In this document: positions 1 to 12,963 of the stretch, one piece after another
Position numbering within the stretch: position 1 is the first letter of the stretch
Layout of the letters: the number at the start of each line of letters is the position of its first letter
Assembly (NCBI RefSeq): GCF_035594765.1
Contig: NC_085846.1
Span: 20,695,190-20,759,189, forward strand
Reading direction: 5' to 3'
Origin: Anolis carolinensis
Taxonomy: Eukaryota
Length of the DNA stretch: 64,000 nucleotides
The notes under the pieces: generated by a model
Told to the model about the DNA's origin: nothing
What the model saw: only the letters and a program-made list of their open reading frames with translations
The model's database searches: none
Translations under genes and position numbers: made by a program

Positions 1-867
1 TACACAGCAATGCAGGTTTTCCTATTCTTGGTATTTTTCTCTGTGTATGGCATAACCTTGCTGGGGAATTTTACAATTATTATAGTAATAAAGTGTAACA
101 ATCACCTCAGTACTCCAATGTATTTTTTCCTTAGTTATCTGGCGTTTCTAGATATCTGTTTTTCTTCAGTCACTGTGCCAAAGCTGCTAGAGATTTTGTT
201 TGTGAGCCAGAAAATTTCATATAATGGCTGTCTCATTCAGATGTTTTGTCTTTGCCTCACAGCAGGCACTGAAACATTCCTTCTGTCAGCAATGGCTTAT
301 GACCGATTTGTTGCCATTTGCAAGCCTCTGTATTATGTACAAATCATGAATAGAGCATTTTGTAGACAGTTAGTAGGTGGTGCATGGACAATAGGGACTG
401 GATATGCTATGACAAATACGTTGTCTGTATTGAAACTAGTCTTCTGTGAATCAAATATTATCAGTAACTTCAGCTGTGAGTTTCCATCTCTCCTGGCCCT
501 ATCCTGCACAGACACTTCCCTGAATGCAATGATACTTTTTATAACTGGTGGTACAGTTGGGGTTTCTTCATTCTTTATTATTATCTTGTCCTACAGTTAT
601 ATTATCTCTACTATCCTGAAAATACATTCAGCAGAAGCCAAAAGAAAAACTTTCTCCACATGTAGTTCTCATTTAATTGTTGTAATTTTATACTATAGCA
701 TGGGGTCATTTAGGTACCTGAGGCCTGAAACAGCTTCTTCAATAGTTATAGATACACTCTTTTCTATCCAATATAACATTGCAACATCCATGTTAAACCC
801 CATTATCTACAGCTTGAAGACCAGAGAAGTGAAGGAGGGCATCAAGAAGCTAATGGGATATAAATAA
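1..867 (+). CDS. Olfactory receptor, class II, OR8S1-like; 5' end lies outside the window
   Basis: Frame is open from base 1. OR motifs: LLGN, LSTPMYFFL, MAYDRFVAICKP, FSCEFPSLLALSC, KTFSTCSSHL, SIQY, MLNPIIYSLK. Stop TAA ends at 867. Confidence 0.95.
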   Translation, partial: YTAMQVFLFLVFFSVYGITLLGNFTIIIVIKCNNHLSTPMYFFLSYLAFLDICFSSVTVPKLLEILFVSQKISYNGCLIQMFCLCLTAGTETFLLSAMAYDRFVAICKPLYYVQIMNRAFCRQLVGGAWTIGTGYAMTNTLSVLKLVFCESNIISNFSCEFPSLLALSCTDTSLNAMILFITGGTVGVSSFFIIILSYSYIISTILKIHSAEAKRKTFSTCSSHLIVVILYYSMGSFRYLRPETASSIVIDTLFSIQYNIATSMLNPIIYSLKTREVKEGIKKLMGYK

Positions 868-887
868 TTGATTTTATCTAGAGCATA

Positions 888-1190
888 AAATGTTCCCCCG
901 CTACTTTGCGGTTCGGTTTTCATGGACCCGCTGATTCACGGATTTTCTAGAGGCTTCTGGAACGTGGCCATACAGCCCACACAAAAGGGCCTCAGCTGAG
1001 GCGCCTGGCCTGGCCTGGCTCCAAGGGCTCACAATGGCCCGCCACGGCTTTGAGCAGTACATTAAAAGTGGTATGGAGAGAGGGAGGGATGCTATATTTA
1101 TTAAAATAAATATAGCATCCCTACTTCACGGATTTTCACTTTCACGGGTGGTCCTGAAACATAACCCCCACGATAAGTGAGGGAACACTG
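888..1190. mobile_element. Tc1/Mariner-type MITE about 20 bp downstream of the OR stop
   Basis: Imperfect terminal inverted repeats (TIRs): TA-aaatgttccc... and ...gggaacactg-TA, flanked by TA dinucleotides. Confidence 0.65.
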
Positions 1191-1362
1191 TAATGTAATT
1201 TGATCATCGGTCAATGAATTGGCTCACTATCTAGTTAACAAGCCAATATAGTAGGTTTTCCATGCACACAGTTAATAAAACTATTTTGCCACAGTGAATA
1301 TATTGAAATAAATTGATAATATGGCTAATTTCACTGATTCATGGACCTCACTTTGTCTAGAG

Positions 1363-1485
1363 CAGTGGTTCTCAACCTGTGGGTCCCCAGGTGTGGTGTC
1401 CTACAGCTCCCAGAAATCTTAGCCCGTTCACCAGCTGTTAGGGTTTCTGGAAGTTGAAGGCCAAAACACAAGTTGAGAACCACTG
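1363..1485. mobile_element. hAT-type MITE
   Basis: TIRs CAGTGGTTCTCAAC / GTTGAGAACCACTG. Perfect 8-bp TSD GTCTAGAG at 1355-1362 and 1486-1493. Confidence 0.9.
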
Positions 1486-2943
1486 GTCTAGAGTCACCTC
1501 ATGAGAAATAAAAAGTAATATTGGTTTTAATTATAATGAAATGAGCTTGATTTATTTTGCTTAGATAATGGTCTTCAACTTTTAGCAGTCTTATTGCTTT
1601 GTGAGCTCTGCATCATGAAATGTTTTCTGTACTAACTGAACCCTCATTTCAGTAATTTGACCTTCAGATATTCTAGTTTATGTGGATTTACTATAGTGTA
1701 ATATAGTGTTTCAATGAGGAGAATCCAACATGGACTTTGTATTGTTAGAGTGTTTATTGTTGTTTTACTTTTTATTGTAGGAAACAATCTACAACAAAAT
1801 ACAATAAAGTGCTCTAACATGAAATCAAATTCTTAAAGAGCAAAAACAGAATACTAGCAATGTATAATTTTATAAGTATAATAAATTCCTATGTGGATTT
1901 GTATTCGTAATAATGTTTATAGTCAAGAATGAGTAAATGATAACAAAATGGGAATCTGAGCCACCTTCAATGGCAAGTTGGCAACTGCATGTGGAATGCA
2001 TTACAATAGTTCAATAATGAAGTTACCAGAACACAGATTACTTTAGCTACATTATCCCTATTCAGGAAATGTCATAGATGACAGATCTATTGAGGGTGGT
2101 CCCAACTACTACAAGGCATGGAGTCCATCTGGCCTCCAGTGACAAAAATTATTGCTGACAAACCAGAGTAATAAAGAGACCATGCAACATATGTGGAATG
2201 AAATAAGGGGAACTTTATTAATTGTTACCAATTCGAATGTTTTTTGATGAAAGTTAGTCAAATTTGGAGGAGCAAATATGTGAGCAGCTGAAGCAGTCAT
2301 TCACTTCTGATTTGAGTGCCCAGTCTCCCCGTGGTGAAACACCAATGCCCCTGAGAGAAATCACTGATCGACATGGTTGCTCAAAGGTCCAGCTAAGATA
2401 CTGGAAGGCTAGTTAGGAGGTGTTATCCCTTGAGCCACTTTGGCTCCTGGTGACAGCAAAGACTCAGAAACCAGCCCCAAGGACAGGAGATTCTTCCCAA
2501 CCTTTAGGACCGCATCACACACACTATTGGGATCAGGCTGTCTCGCTGTGACCTGGCGGCACCCATGCAGGGGTGTGTGGGAATGTTGCTTCTTACCCCG
2601 CTCTGTCACAGCTTCCCCTCATCACATGGGGGAAGGAAGGGGAGTCAGGGAGATGCCTTGCCTCCTGCCTTGTGTCCCACCACGTGGATGGATGGCCTGA
2701 CTCTGGTGGTCCCTCACCTCTGGTGAGAGAGAGCCCCCACCACCACCACACACGCACACACACACTGGTCTACACATATATCCAAGGCAAACTGAATATT
2801 CCCCAGGAAGGAGGCTGAAGCTGAAGAAGATGTTCCAATAGGTCAGTATAGGTTGCAAGTGCTGCTGGAAGAGCATCTCAAGCCATGCGTCCCACCACCA
2901 CATCCTCACCCTGCCAGACCCACAGGACAAGGCAACTGTGACG

Positions 2944-2994
2944 GAGGAGGAGGAGGAGGAGGAGGAGGAGGAGGAGGAGGAGGAGGAGGAGGAG
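2944..2994 (+). repeat. (GAG)17 microsatellite
   Basis: Read directly from the sequence. Confidence 0.97.
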
Positions 2995-3593
2995 CTAGCT
3001 TTCAATGCCTTTGATCTGCAAGTGGCGGGTTTTTGTAAAGCAAGGTGCAGAATCATGGAGACTGCCCTTTTGCATTCAGAGCAACCTCCAGGACCATAAG
3101 CCTGCCCAGGGGTCATGGTAACCTGTCACTTCATGCTCCACATTGTTCTGGTTTCCGCCAGTCCCATCAGACAGGAAAAAGCCTCCATAAGCCACCTCAA
3201 CCTGTCTTTCCTTATGGATAGACGGGAAGCCTCCCATTATGTGCTACCAGCTTCTCTTCTTTTTTCTAGTTCATTCACAGAGCTGCTCCAAAAGTACTTG
3301 TAATGGGTGTGATAGGAGCCTTCAGTCTCCGGTGCTGAACTTGAAAAACACTGTTACTCCTGCTGAAAAGAAGCTTATGTGAAAAAGTCCTTAGATCACT
3401 CAACACTCAGGAAAATAAGATAGAAGCTCTGTGATTGGCTCCATCCCCATATGCCAGCAAATTAATTTCCCACACCTCCACTGCTTTACAATGTGGTAAA
3501 TGGTCATGCGAGGGAACTGGTAAGATACACACCTGCTTCTTCAGAAGGAGTGCCACTTCATTTAGATTACGTAGCTTGTGTTTTTTTTCTGGA

Positions 3594-3657
<64 letters not shown>

Positions 3658-3793
3658 TCCTGCCACTATCTCCCAAAAGAGACTCAGGTAGGCGTACAAG
3701 GCACGTACCAGTGCAGCAAAATACTAAAACAGTAAAAATATCGACATAAATCAAATATACATAAAAAACATATAAAAACACCAGCATTTAAAA
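3594..3793 (-). mobile_element. L2-like LINE 3' end with (AAT)21 tail (3594-3656)
   Basis: Microsatellite tail followed by atcctgccactatctccc...gagactcag and an A-rich tract, like the 3' end of the L2 at 59.8 kb. Confidence 0.6.
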
Positions 3794-4765
3794 TCTATAT
3801 CTATATCCATAATAAAAGTGAAAACTCATATGTGTGTATGTGGCACGGGTGTCCGCTCACACAGACAGCCTCAGGCCTCCACAAACAGGCTCCAGTTCCC
3901 AGTGCTGAGAAGCCATCAAGTCACTCTTTTGCACTGACATTGCGGTTACAGCGAGCTCCATGAACATGTATCCCAAACCCTGCCAATGTCCTTCCCAAAC
4001 ACTACCACCACCAAAGGAATGCTTTCGTTTGGGGACCATTTCATCCTAGATTGTGCATTTTCCTCCATCACAGGCGGGCATCCCAGGGTTCTCCATTGGT
4101 GTGAAATTTGCATGACCTCGCCCACTGCCCTTCCCTTTCAAATCTGTTTGCAGAACAAACAGCACAACTACACTTCCTGGAGGAGTTTGGAGGACTGACT
4201 TTGCATGGTGGAAGTTGTAGTTCACCCTGTATCAAGGTACTGGGATTTATAGTTCCCTTGCAATGAATGAGCACTCCGAACCCCTCCAATGATGGACCAT
4301 GACCAAATTTGGCACAAAGAGCCCCCTTAACCAAAAGAGCATATTGGACAAGTTTGGGGGAAAGGGAGTTATAGTTCACCTGCATCCAGAGAAACACTGA
4401 TCCCCCACTGACAATGGACCTGGACCAAACCTTGCACAGAGAAGCCTCATGACCAACTGAACATACTGCAGGGATTTGTGGGAATGGGCCTTTTTTTGGG
4501 AGTTGTAGTACACCTGCATCCAAAGAGCACTGAACCCAGCCAATGACGGATCTGAATCAAACTTGGCACACAGATTCAACATAGCCTGCTGTGGATACTG
4601 ACAGATGTTTTGGGACAATTGCCCCTGGAATCTGGGAGTTGTAGCAGTTCACACCCATCTAGAGAGCACTGCAGCCAGGCGATGACCAGCCAATGTCAGA
4701 TCTGGACCACACTTGGTACACAGACCCAAAATGGCCAACTTTGAATACTGGCAGGGTTTGGGGAG

Positions 4766-6698
4766 TAGGCTTGAGTGATCCATAAAAATATATTCTACAC
4801 TTGCTTTAAAAGTAGGGGCGCTAGCGTTTCGTTTCTGATGTCACTTCTGAATTTCGTCTTCAAAATTTTCATGCTCAGCGGCAAAAAAAACAGCACGGGG
4901 GGGAACTTTACAGGACTCTCCCACCCTCATTTTTTGAGCTATCTTCTTCAATCTTGGTACAGTGGTAGAACACATTTAACACTGTTAGCTCGTTTCCCTT
5001 ATCCTCTGATTTTTGGCAAATTTTCATAGCTTTTATAATAAACCCTTTCTTAATAATTGCAGAAATCTGTTCCTGGTTTGAAAATCTTATTTCCTGTAGT
5101 CATTGTTCTACTTCAGAAACTTTGTTAAATGTGAAATTTAACTTTGTTAAATTAGTGGACTCAGGAAACCATAATGTGTTCCATGTCTCTTGCACAAAGA
5201 CAAAGTTCAGGCAGTGTCATAGATTTTGCCATGTTTCTATGACAGAACCAATTAGGAAATGACATTTATCACCCAGGAACAGAAATCATAGTACACCATC
5301 AAATCACTCCTGACAGATGGCCATCAGCCTCTAAATAAGGAAATCAGTTCCTGGTTTGAAAGTGCTATTTCCTGTTTCATTGGCTTTTCTGGGGCTGAGA
5401 GTGTGTGACTTGCCCAAGTGGGTGGCTGAGTGGGGAATCAAGCCACAATCGGAGTCCAACACTCAAACCTCTCCCTCCCTCCCTCCCTCCCTCCCTCTCT
5501 CTCTCTAAACTTCTCATACCTTCCAAGAATTCGCATACTGTATGAAAGTTTGGTCAAGATGGTCAGAGGAGGGCAACTAAAATGATCTAGGGTCTGGAGA
5601 ACAAGCCCTATGAGCGGCTTAAAGAACTGGGCATGTTTAGCCTGAAGAAGAGAAGGCTGAGAGGAGACATGATGTATAAATATGTGAGGGAAAGTCATAG
5701 GGAGAAGGGAGCAAGCTTGTTTTCTGCTGCCCTGCAGACTAGGACGCAATGGAACAATGGCTTCAAACTACAGAAAAGAAGATTTCACCTGAACATTAGG
5801 AAGAACTTCTTCACTGTGAGAGCTGTTCAGCTGTGGAACTCTCTGCCCCAGACTGTGGTGGAGGCTCCTTCTTTGGAGGCTTTTAAGCAGAGGCTGGATG
5901 GCCATCTGTTGGGGGTGCTTTGAATGCGATTTCCTGCTTCTTGGCAGAATGGGGTTGGACTGGATGGCCCATGAGGTCTCTTTTGAAACAACATTTTTCT
6001 AAGCTAACAGAACGATGGCCACGCCTCTGCCTCCCTCCCTCTCCCGCTCTGATTGGCTTAGTGCAAGGCTTCTGGGAAATGGAGTTTTATCCAGGCTGCT
6101 GCTTGCTTCGTTTCCACTTAAATAAATGGAGAAAGTTCAGAGGCTTTGTTCTCCTGCTTTTTGAAAGCTTTTGGGATATAATTTGCCTCAATCAAAGCAA
6201 AAATTCACCACTCTTTGCCTATCAAGTTTCATAATGTTTGACCCATCCACTGATTTTTGGGGCATTTTGAAACAACATTTTTTTAAAACGCTAGCAGAAT
6301 GATGGCCACGCCTCTCCCTCCCTCTTCCGCTCTGATTGGTTGAGAGGCATGCCAACATGGCTTCTCCTCTCAGAGGGGCTACAGCTACATCCGAAGACAT
6401 CAGAAACAGACGAAAAAAGGTACTTTTTGATTCAAATTCTTAATATTAGGAAGGCAGTGAGCAGATGTTTCAAAAATCACTTCAAAAGTGCCTTCGAACC
6501 GAATTTTAAACAAATTTAATGGACTAACGAAAAATTTGCTCAACCCTATGTTCTGTTCTGCATGTTCTGTTTTATCCTGTTTGCATCCTACTTTTGAGTG
6601 TTGGATTTTATAGTGTTTTGTATAGATGTTTGTTTGATGTTGTTTCTGTATATGCATATGACCATTGGTCGGAGCATTAATAAATTGATTTAACCCTA
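4766..6698 (+). mobile_element. Non-autonomous hAT element nested in the Helitron
   Basis: Ends TAGGCTTGAG...TTTAACCCTA. Perfect 8-bp TSD TTGGGGAG at 4758-4765 and 6699-6706. A related copy lies at 48.2-48.9 kb. Confidence 0.8.
5560..5981 (+). mobile_element. CR1 LINE 3' fragment (ORF2 C-terminus and 3' UTR)
   Basis: Peptide FSLKKRRLRGDM...FFTVRAVQLWNSLP...SLEAFKQRLD, then the ggggttggactggatgg 3' UTR motif. Confidence 0.9.
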
Positions 6699-7175
6699 TT
6701 GGGGAGGATTGACTCGCGATTCTGGGAATTGTAGTTCACCCACTCCAAACTGAGAAAACCTACCAATCAAAGACAAATAATGCCTTTTTCAAATAACCCG
6801 GGCAATGCTGGTCCCCCAAGCTAGTAATCAATAAAACACAGTGATGTATGCAGATTGAAATTGGACATATCAAATTCAGTCACTTAAAGAACATCAATCA
6901 TAGAGCCTCTATCTTATTGGGATTAAGTTTCTATTAACGCATTCTCATCCATCCCTTTGTCCACACACTGTTGGGTGCTTACAGAGCCAAAGATATCCAG
7001 TATATTCTGCATTTCTATAGCATTTCAACTCCATTTCAAAATAAATCCAATGTATTTCATCAGAGATTTTAAAAACTCATAAATTCATAAGATAACATCA
7101 TCAATATATGTAGATATGAAGACAAAACAAGGAAACATACTTCAGCATCACATCACATTGTCTATAAAGCTTTTG

Positions 7176-8129
7176 CTACAGGACTCTGTGCAGCGTTATT
7201 TGAGAAAATGACACTTTTGAAAGATTTTTTGCCAAAGCAGTTTTGATATTTTTGTTTTTCAGGCTATATATAATAGGATTTAACATGGGAGTCAGGATGC
7301 TGTATTGGATCGATACCAATTTGTCAAGATATGTAAATGATTCTGAACTAGGTTTCATATATCGAAAAAAAGCTGCAATGTAAAACAAGCCCACCACAAT
7401 GAGGTGAGAGCTGCATGTGGAGAATGCTTTATGTCTCCCTTCTGCTGAGCGAATCCTGAGGATGGTGGAAATGATGTAAATGTAAGATATTAGGGTGAGG
7501 AGGAATGAACTTAAACCAAATACCATTACAGAGATAAAAAGAACTACATAATTGCTGAAGGGATATGTGCAAGACAGAAGCAAGAGTGAGGGAAGTTCAC
7601 AGGTGTAGTGGCTAATTTTATTGCTTCTGCAAAAATATAAATTCACCAAGGGCACTGCATTTACCACAGCATATAAGGACCCCATTGACCAGGCTCCACA
7701 CACTAGTTTCCTGCAAAATTCTTTTTTCATGACGATGGTATAATGCAGTGGGTCACATATAGCAACATATCGGTCAAAAGCCATTGCTGAGAGGATGAAG
7801 ACTTCAGCACAAGCAGTTTCGAAAAAGAAAAAGATTTGAACAATGCATCCTTCCCGGGAGATGGTTTTCTGATTTGTTGTGAAGTTTTCCAGCATTTTGG
7901 GAACAGTGACAGATGAATAACAGATGTCAACAAAGGCTAGATGACCAAGAAAGAGGAACATGGGGGTCTTGAGGCTAGATTCAGTCCTGATCACCAGTAT
8001 AATTGCTATATTTCCTAGTATAGTCACTAAAAATATTAGTAGAAATATACAAAAGAGAAAAACCTGTAGATTTGGATCATTGGAAAGTCCCAAGAGTATA
8101 AAACCAGTTGTTACAGTTTGATTTTCCAT
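7176..8129 (-). CDS. Olfactory receptor, OR8S1-like, 317 aa
   Basis: MENQT start with N-glycosylation sequon; LKTPMFLFL, MAFDRYVAICDP, HYTCELPSLLLLSC, KAFSTCSSHL, SIQY, PMLNPIIYSLKN. Splice acceptor ttattgtgcag ends at 8136, so the ORF-track extension is intronic. Confidence 0.96.
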   Translation of the reverse strand: MENQTVTTGFILLGLSNDPNLQVFLFCIFLLIFLVTILGNIAIILVIRTESSLKTPMFLFLGHLAFVDICYSSVTVPKMLENFTTNQKTISREGCIVQIFFFFETACAEVFILSAMAFDRYVAICDPLHYTIVMKKEFCRKLVCGAWSMGSLYAVVNAVPLVNLYFCRSNKISHYTCELPSLLLLSCTYPFSNYVVLFISVMVFGLSSFLLTLISYIYIISTILRIRSAEGRHKAFSTCSSHLIVVGLFYIAAFFRYMKPSSESFTYLDKLVSIQYSILTPMLNPIIYSLKNKNIKTALAKNLSKVSFSQITLHRVL

Positions 8130-8360
8130 CACAAGCTGCACAATAAAGTCGAAATTTCTGTGAATTGAAAACAAATAGAAATTATTTTATGTGGAATAAA
8201 TATGAACAGTTGTCATTGTTATGTTGTTTTACTTATGGCTACTGTAAGGAAAATCTATCATGGAGTTTTTCTGAAGCTAAGGGGGTGCGATTTTTCCAAG
8301 GTAATCCAGTGGGTTTTCATGATTAATAGCAATTTTGAGACCAGTTCTTCCAGAATCATA

Positions 8361-8583
8361 GAGTGCACATATATTGTAGAATTAATGCATCTTGACACCA
8401 CTTTAACTTCCATGGCTCAATACTATGGAATTGTTAGGGTTGAAGTTTTACAAAGCCATAGGTCTTATCTGCAAAATAGTGCTGGTGGTGCCTCATCAAG
8501 CTACGGTCCCCATGATCCCATAGCATTGAGCCATGGCAGGTAAACTGGTGTCAAATAGCATTAACTCTAGTGTAAATGTGCCC
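8361..8583. mobile_element. Decayed PIF/Harbinger-like MITE nested in an old SINE-like repeat (about 8260-8618)
   Basis: Inverted arms agaattaatgca.cttgacacca / tggtgtcaaatagcattaactct. Same family at about 33799-34005, 39438-39630, 41770-41872 and 61201-61375. Confidence 0.6.
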
Positions 8584-11500
8584 AAAGTTCAGTGCTGAAA
8601 CCACTACACCACACTGGTTATTTAGCAATTTTCATACAATGAGTCTAATATGTTTCGTTGATATCCTCTTTGCTCAAAACAAACAATTCCAGGCAGTTTC
8701 AAACATAATTTAAACCAGTGTAGTTATGAATGAAAAACATTCTAAATGTTAGTGCATTAATTTGAAAACTATAATATTAAAACAAAGTTGGATACTGAAC
8801 GTCCTCCTGAAAGAAAATAAAAAGATTGGTTCCAGATACTGAAGTAGAATAGCAAAAGAACCAGCCTAGCCTCGATCAAAAGGAATTTCTATAGAATGGA
8901 GCCATCACTGAGAATTCCTTGTTTGTGTCCTCACCAAAAATTTCTGTTTGGATGTAAGAACAGAGAACAAATGCTCTTCCAAAGATCACAGAATGTGTGA
9001 AAAATCATACAGAACACAGCCTCTTAGGTAGCCTCAAACTATACATGACTATAGCTCTTTTATGCTTACAGTACATTGTTTTCAGTTTACATCGATACTC
9101 TACCCTACATAAATATTTGTTTCAATGAATGTTGTTTTCATCAGCTGTACAGTCACATCTATATTTTAAAATAGTGTCTTATGAATGCACATATCAGCAG
9201 CAGAGAAAACCAAATGCACAATGCTAGAAAAGCAGCAAGAAGTACATATACTGGTAGTATAGAAAACAGAAATATCAATAAATCAATTCCACTTCAAACG
9301 TAAGAATAACTAATTCAGAACTCCACATTCTATGAAGAAACATTACTATTAAAAAGGTTAAAAGCTTCATAACTTTAAATGGACACAATTCTGTGAAAGA
9401 CAGAAATAGAACAGTGGGAGTTGTTTGCATCATAGAAGAGCTTCTTTTTGTTATTGTGTCATGTAATTTCTGTTGTTTTAACATTGTACTAAAGCTCCTC
9501 TTTAGTATAAGAGCAAAAGATCCATGCATATACAGAAGTTCTGAAGCAATGTTCAATGGACAGATGTGGGGAAATTTCAAAATTTAAAAATTTCCCTACG
9601 TCTGTACATCTTTTGACACCAAACAACCTGAAAGCCAAATGTATGACACTAAGCTCAAGAAGAAAATAATAATTGCTGGAAAAATCTGCCCATCTGTTCA
9701 CCTTGAAAGGACATTTTGGGGCGTAACTGGCAATATGGTCAACCTGCAAAATCCAATCGCTGAAGCCACAAAAGAAGACCAGAAATATCCTACTAAACAT
9801 CTGTCAGAAATAAATTTGATGTTCCACTTAACAACAACAGTCTTTATTAGCAAAATCACAACACAGGCATATATAACAAAAGGAAGTAACAGATAAAAAG
9901 GGAGAAGTATAAGTAAAAAATTACTAATTTCAAAAATAAAATTTGCAACAGTCTTACAAAAGAATTCATGAGAGCTGCTCAGGAGGTATGGAATTTTATA
10001 GCACTCTTGCCATTGAAAACACTGTAAAAATATAATTCCTGCATTTCATCTGTATATTATCATATTTATAGCATATAAAACAAATAATGGTCAAGTGTTT
10101 CAACAGAAACCAAGTCACAAGAACAAATCCTTTTAAGATGTTCCACATGTTTATATTTCCCATCCAAAAGAGCTGATGGCAACACATTATATCTTGCAGT
10201 AGCCAAAACCCTCCTATGGATGGGATTAATCAAAATGTGAAGATAAAATGACAAAATTTCACGCTCACATGGAATTAATAAGGTGGTAGAGGAACAAGCT
10301 GTCTTTACTGCAAGAGTCAGATTGTGAAAGTCAAAATTCAATAGTCTGCTCTTTATGTTCCACTTATGACAGGAAAAAGACATTGAGGGAGAATTTTGCA
10401 TCAATTATTTAATAATTTGGGAGATTCTGCAAGTAGTTCCATTCCAAAATGTAGATATGGTAGGAGAAAAAAATAGAATGAAAACCCTATGTATAATAAT
10501 CTTTAGGTTGAATTTAAATTTTCCCTTCATTGAAATATAATTAATCAGTTACCTTACTGTAGGAGAGGTACATAAATTATTTGCATGCTGTTCTCAGTTG
10601 TTCGATAACTGCACTGAGCACGGGAAAGACTTATCTTGAACATAATGTTTAAAAGGGGGATTGGTATGATGCTGTCATCTTTTATTCTCACCAGAGAATC
10701 CAGACTTAGCCTTTTGCTTACTCTGCACCCTTTGGGGATCCTTCAGGGATCAATTTATAATCAAAGAACACCACCACCAAACCAAGAGACTCATAAATAG
10801 GAAGGAAGACCCCTGAGTATAAGGTACAAGGCCATCTCATTGCTGCAGCCAACAGTAGTACAAGGGTGGAAGGGAATGGGCATCCTGTGCCCCTGGGCCC
10901 CAGACCGTTGGACGCATGTGATAGCTATTGAGACAGCAGGTGTCTTTTCTGTCAAGAAACTGGCTGCAACTTCTAGACTGTATCTAACTTGAGGAAGAAC
11001 CTGACTCCTGAAGCAGGAGTTAGATTTCCCCCCAAGTTAGTTTAACCCAGCATAAAACCACATTAAGCAGCTTCACCTGGGTAGATTCAGTTCAATCCCA
11101 TTGGGCTGGTAACTTTCTACACCAACTGAAGTAGTCAGTATAGATGGAGCCCTTCTAAAAATTATCCATTAGATGTTAATGACTTCCCTCAACTATAGTA
11201 GATAGGTAATCTCAAAGTACCATTACTATGGATCCATGGAATGAAGCTGCTATAACAATGACGTGCAATGTTATGTGAAATACTAATTCTTGAAGAGGCA
11301 GGAGTTGCATAGATGTTGCCTGTGAAACATAGTCTAAAATATAACTACAGGCAAATGGGAAGGAATCTTCCTGCTGTGCAGTATATAATGTGGTTGGAAA
11401 GGGTACAAAGTTGATTTTGGTAAAACATAAAAACTTCTCAATCAATATTCACCGATCCCTATGAAGATCTGGTCATGATGGTCAATTATTTTGTTAGTGG

Positions 11501-12068
11501 TATAATTGTCATGCTGTTCCTAGCTTTTCAGGAGTTATTATTACAGAATTATGAATCACCATAGATTTACGGTGGAATTAAAATCAAATGAAAAGAAAGC
11601 TAGATTAAGAGCTGTTCTAGAAGAGCCAACTGACTTAAAACAAATAGGCTGAATTTAAAATTCAAAGTATTAAAAAAGCTTTTTTTGTGTGTGAGTCTGA
11701 TAGATGTGTAAAAATAAACGTTGCCCTAAGATAAAAATAGTCAGCTCATTTCAGAAAGCATTTTTAAAATTAAATAATGCCAACTGTATCATCTATAGAT
11801 CACCTGTTAGTTATCTGTTAATCATGCATTTTTGTATGCAACTATGTGATGTCTTATTTGTTTAGGATATGTCAATAATCCTACAGTGACCTAAAGTGAC
11901 ATAATGTGACCTAAAATCATATTATTGATCCGGGCAGCTTCACTCTCTATGCATAAATGACAGCTTCAGAAAGACTATTGTGTACTCAGTCTTGGAAATG
12001 GAACAAAGCCTGAAAAACGGAAGAATGGATTGTTATGATTGCTGAATTGGCCCAAGTCACCAAACTGA

Positions 12069-12218
12069 GGCCCCTTCCACACAGCTGAATAAAATCCCAC
12101 ATTATCTGCTTTGGACGGGAATATATGGCAGTGTGGACTCAAATAACACAGTTCAAAGCAGATATTGTGGGATTTTCTGCATTGATATTCTAGGATATAG
12201 GGTTGTATGGAAGGGCCC
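12069..12218. mobile_element. PIF/Harbinger MITE
   Basis: TIRs GGCCCCTTCCACAC / GTATGGAAGGGCCC and 3-bp TSD TGA. Confidence 0.85.
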
Positions 12219-12963
12219 TGACATGGGTTCTATTTTAAAGAAGAAGTCATTTGAAACCATTTGAAAATGCTTATAGATTTTTTGAACAATAAAAAAATAT
12301 AATGATACAATAATCTGTAGCTATGTTTATTATTAGTGATTTTAGCAGGATTATTTAGTTGGACCTGTAATTGTGGAAATTTATTTTTACTTTTCAATAC
12401 AATCAAGATTATGGGGTCAGAGTCTTATGATGCATTACTGGTAGTTATATTTTTATCTGTATTTTTTTTCTTTCTCCCTTCTTATTTTTTCTCTTTTTCT
12501 TCTGTCTCTATTTTTTTTGAATATATAGTATTTTGTAAATTTGTATGTGTTAGAATTTTTTTTAAAAAAACATTTACTCATCCTTAGATTTAATTGAATT
12601 ATATTACATTGCAATTTAGAATAAATTTAGAATTCCTTTTGTAGTCAATCATGCAAAAACTTAGAAAAAAGAATGTTAACATAAAATTTAATAAATAATT
12701 GAGTTCAGTTGTATACATCTCACTTCAAAATTGTTGCATACTAGAAGAATTGGGAAGGATCTGCAGCTTTGGCAGGGACTCCATACTTTTTCAAGGGATT
12801 TGCACTTTACAATGCACTAAAGGTGTCCTTTGATACAGCTGGGTCCATAGGTTTTAGGACAGACACCTAGCTTCAGATGACCCTACTTCACATTCCTTAC
12901 CCCCTCTTGCTCCATTCAGTTCTAATTAACCTAAATAAGATACAGGCAAAATAAAGTATTTAA

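Larger units (their letters stand above)
3794..6824 (+). mobile_element. Non-autonomous Helitron containing nested insertions
   Basis: 5' TC (tctatat...ataaaagtg); 3' hairpin cccgggcaatgctgg followed by CTAG; inserted between A and T. About four degenerate 125-150-bp internal repeats lie at 4243-4765, and the repeat resumes at 6699. Confidence 0.75.

Noticed and set aside
2622-3116. 164-aa poly-Ser ORF
   Set aside because: Driven by the (GAG)17 repeat and MITE-like sequence, with no recognisable domain.
3407-3787. Poly-L, poly-N and poly-I ORFs
   Set aside because: Artefacts of the (AAT)21 microsatellite.
4243-4765. Repeat-spacer-like array (also 49420-49810 and 36290-36572) as CRISPR
   Set aside because: This is eukaryotic DNA, the repeats are degenerate with homologous spacers, and there are no cas genes. 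The first array is the internal tandem repeat of a Helitron.
8130-8174. N-terminal extensions of OR ORFs in the ORF track (also 15600-15668, 21619-21705, 38323-38328, 52699-52719)
   Set aside because: They start at non-ATG codons and mostly cross splice acceptors. True starts were reassigned to the downstream ATG.
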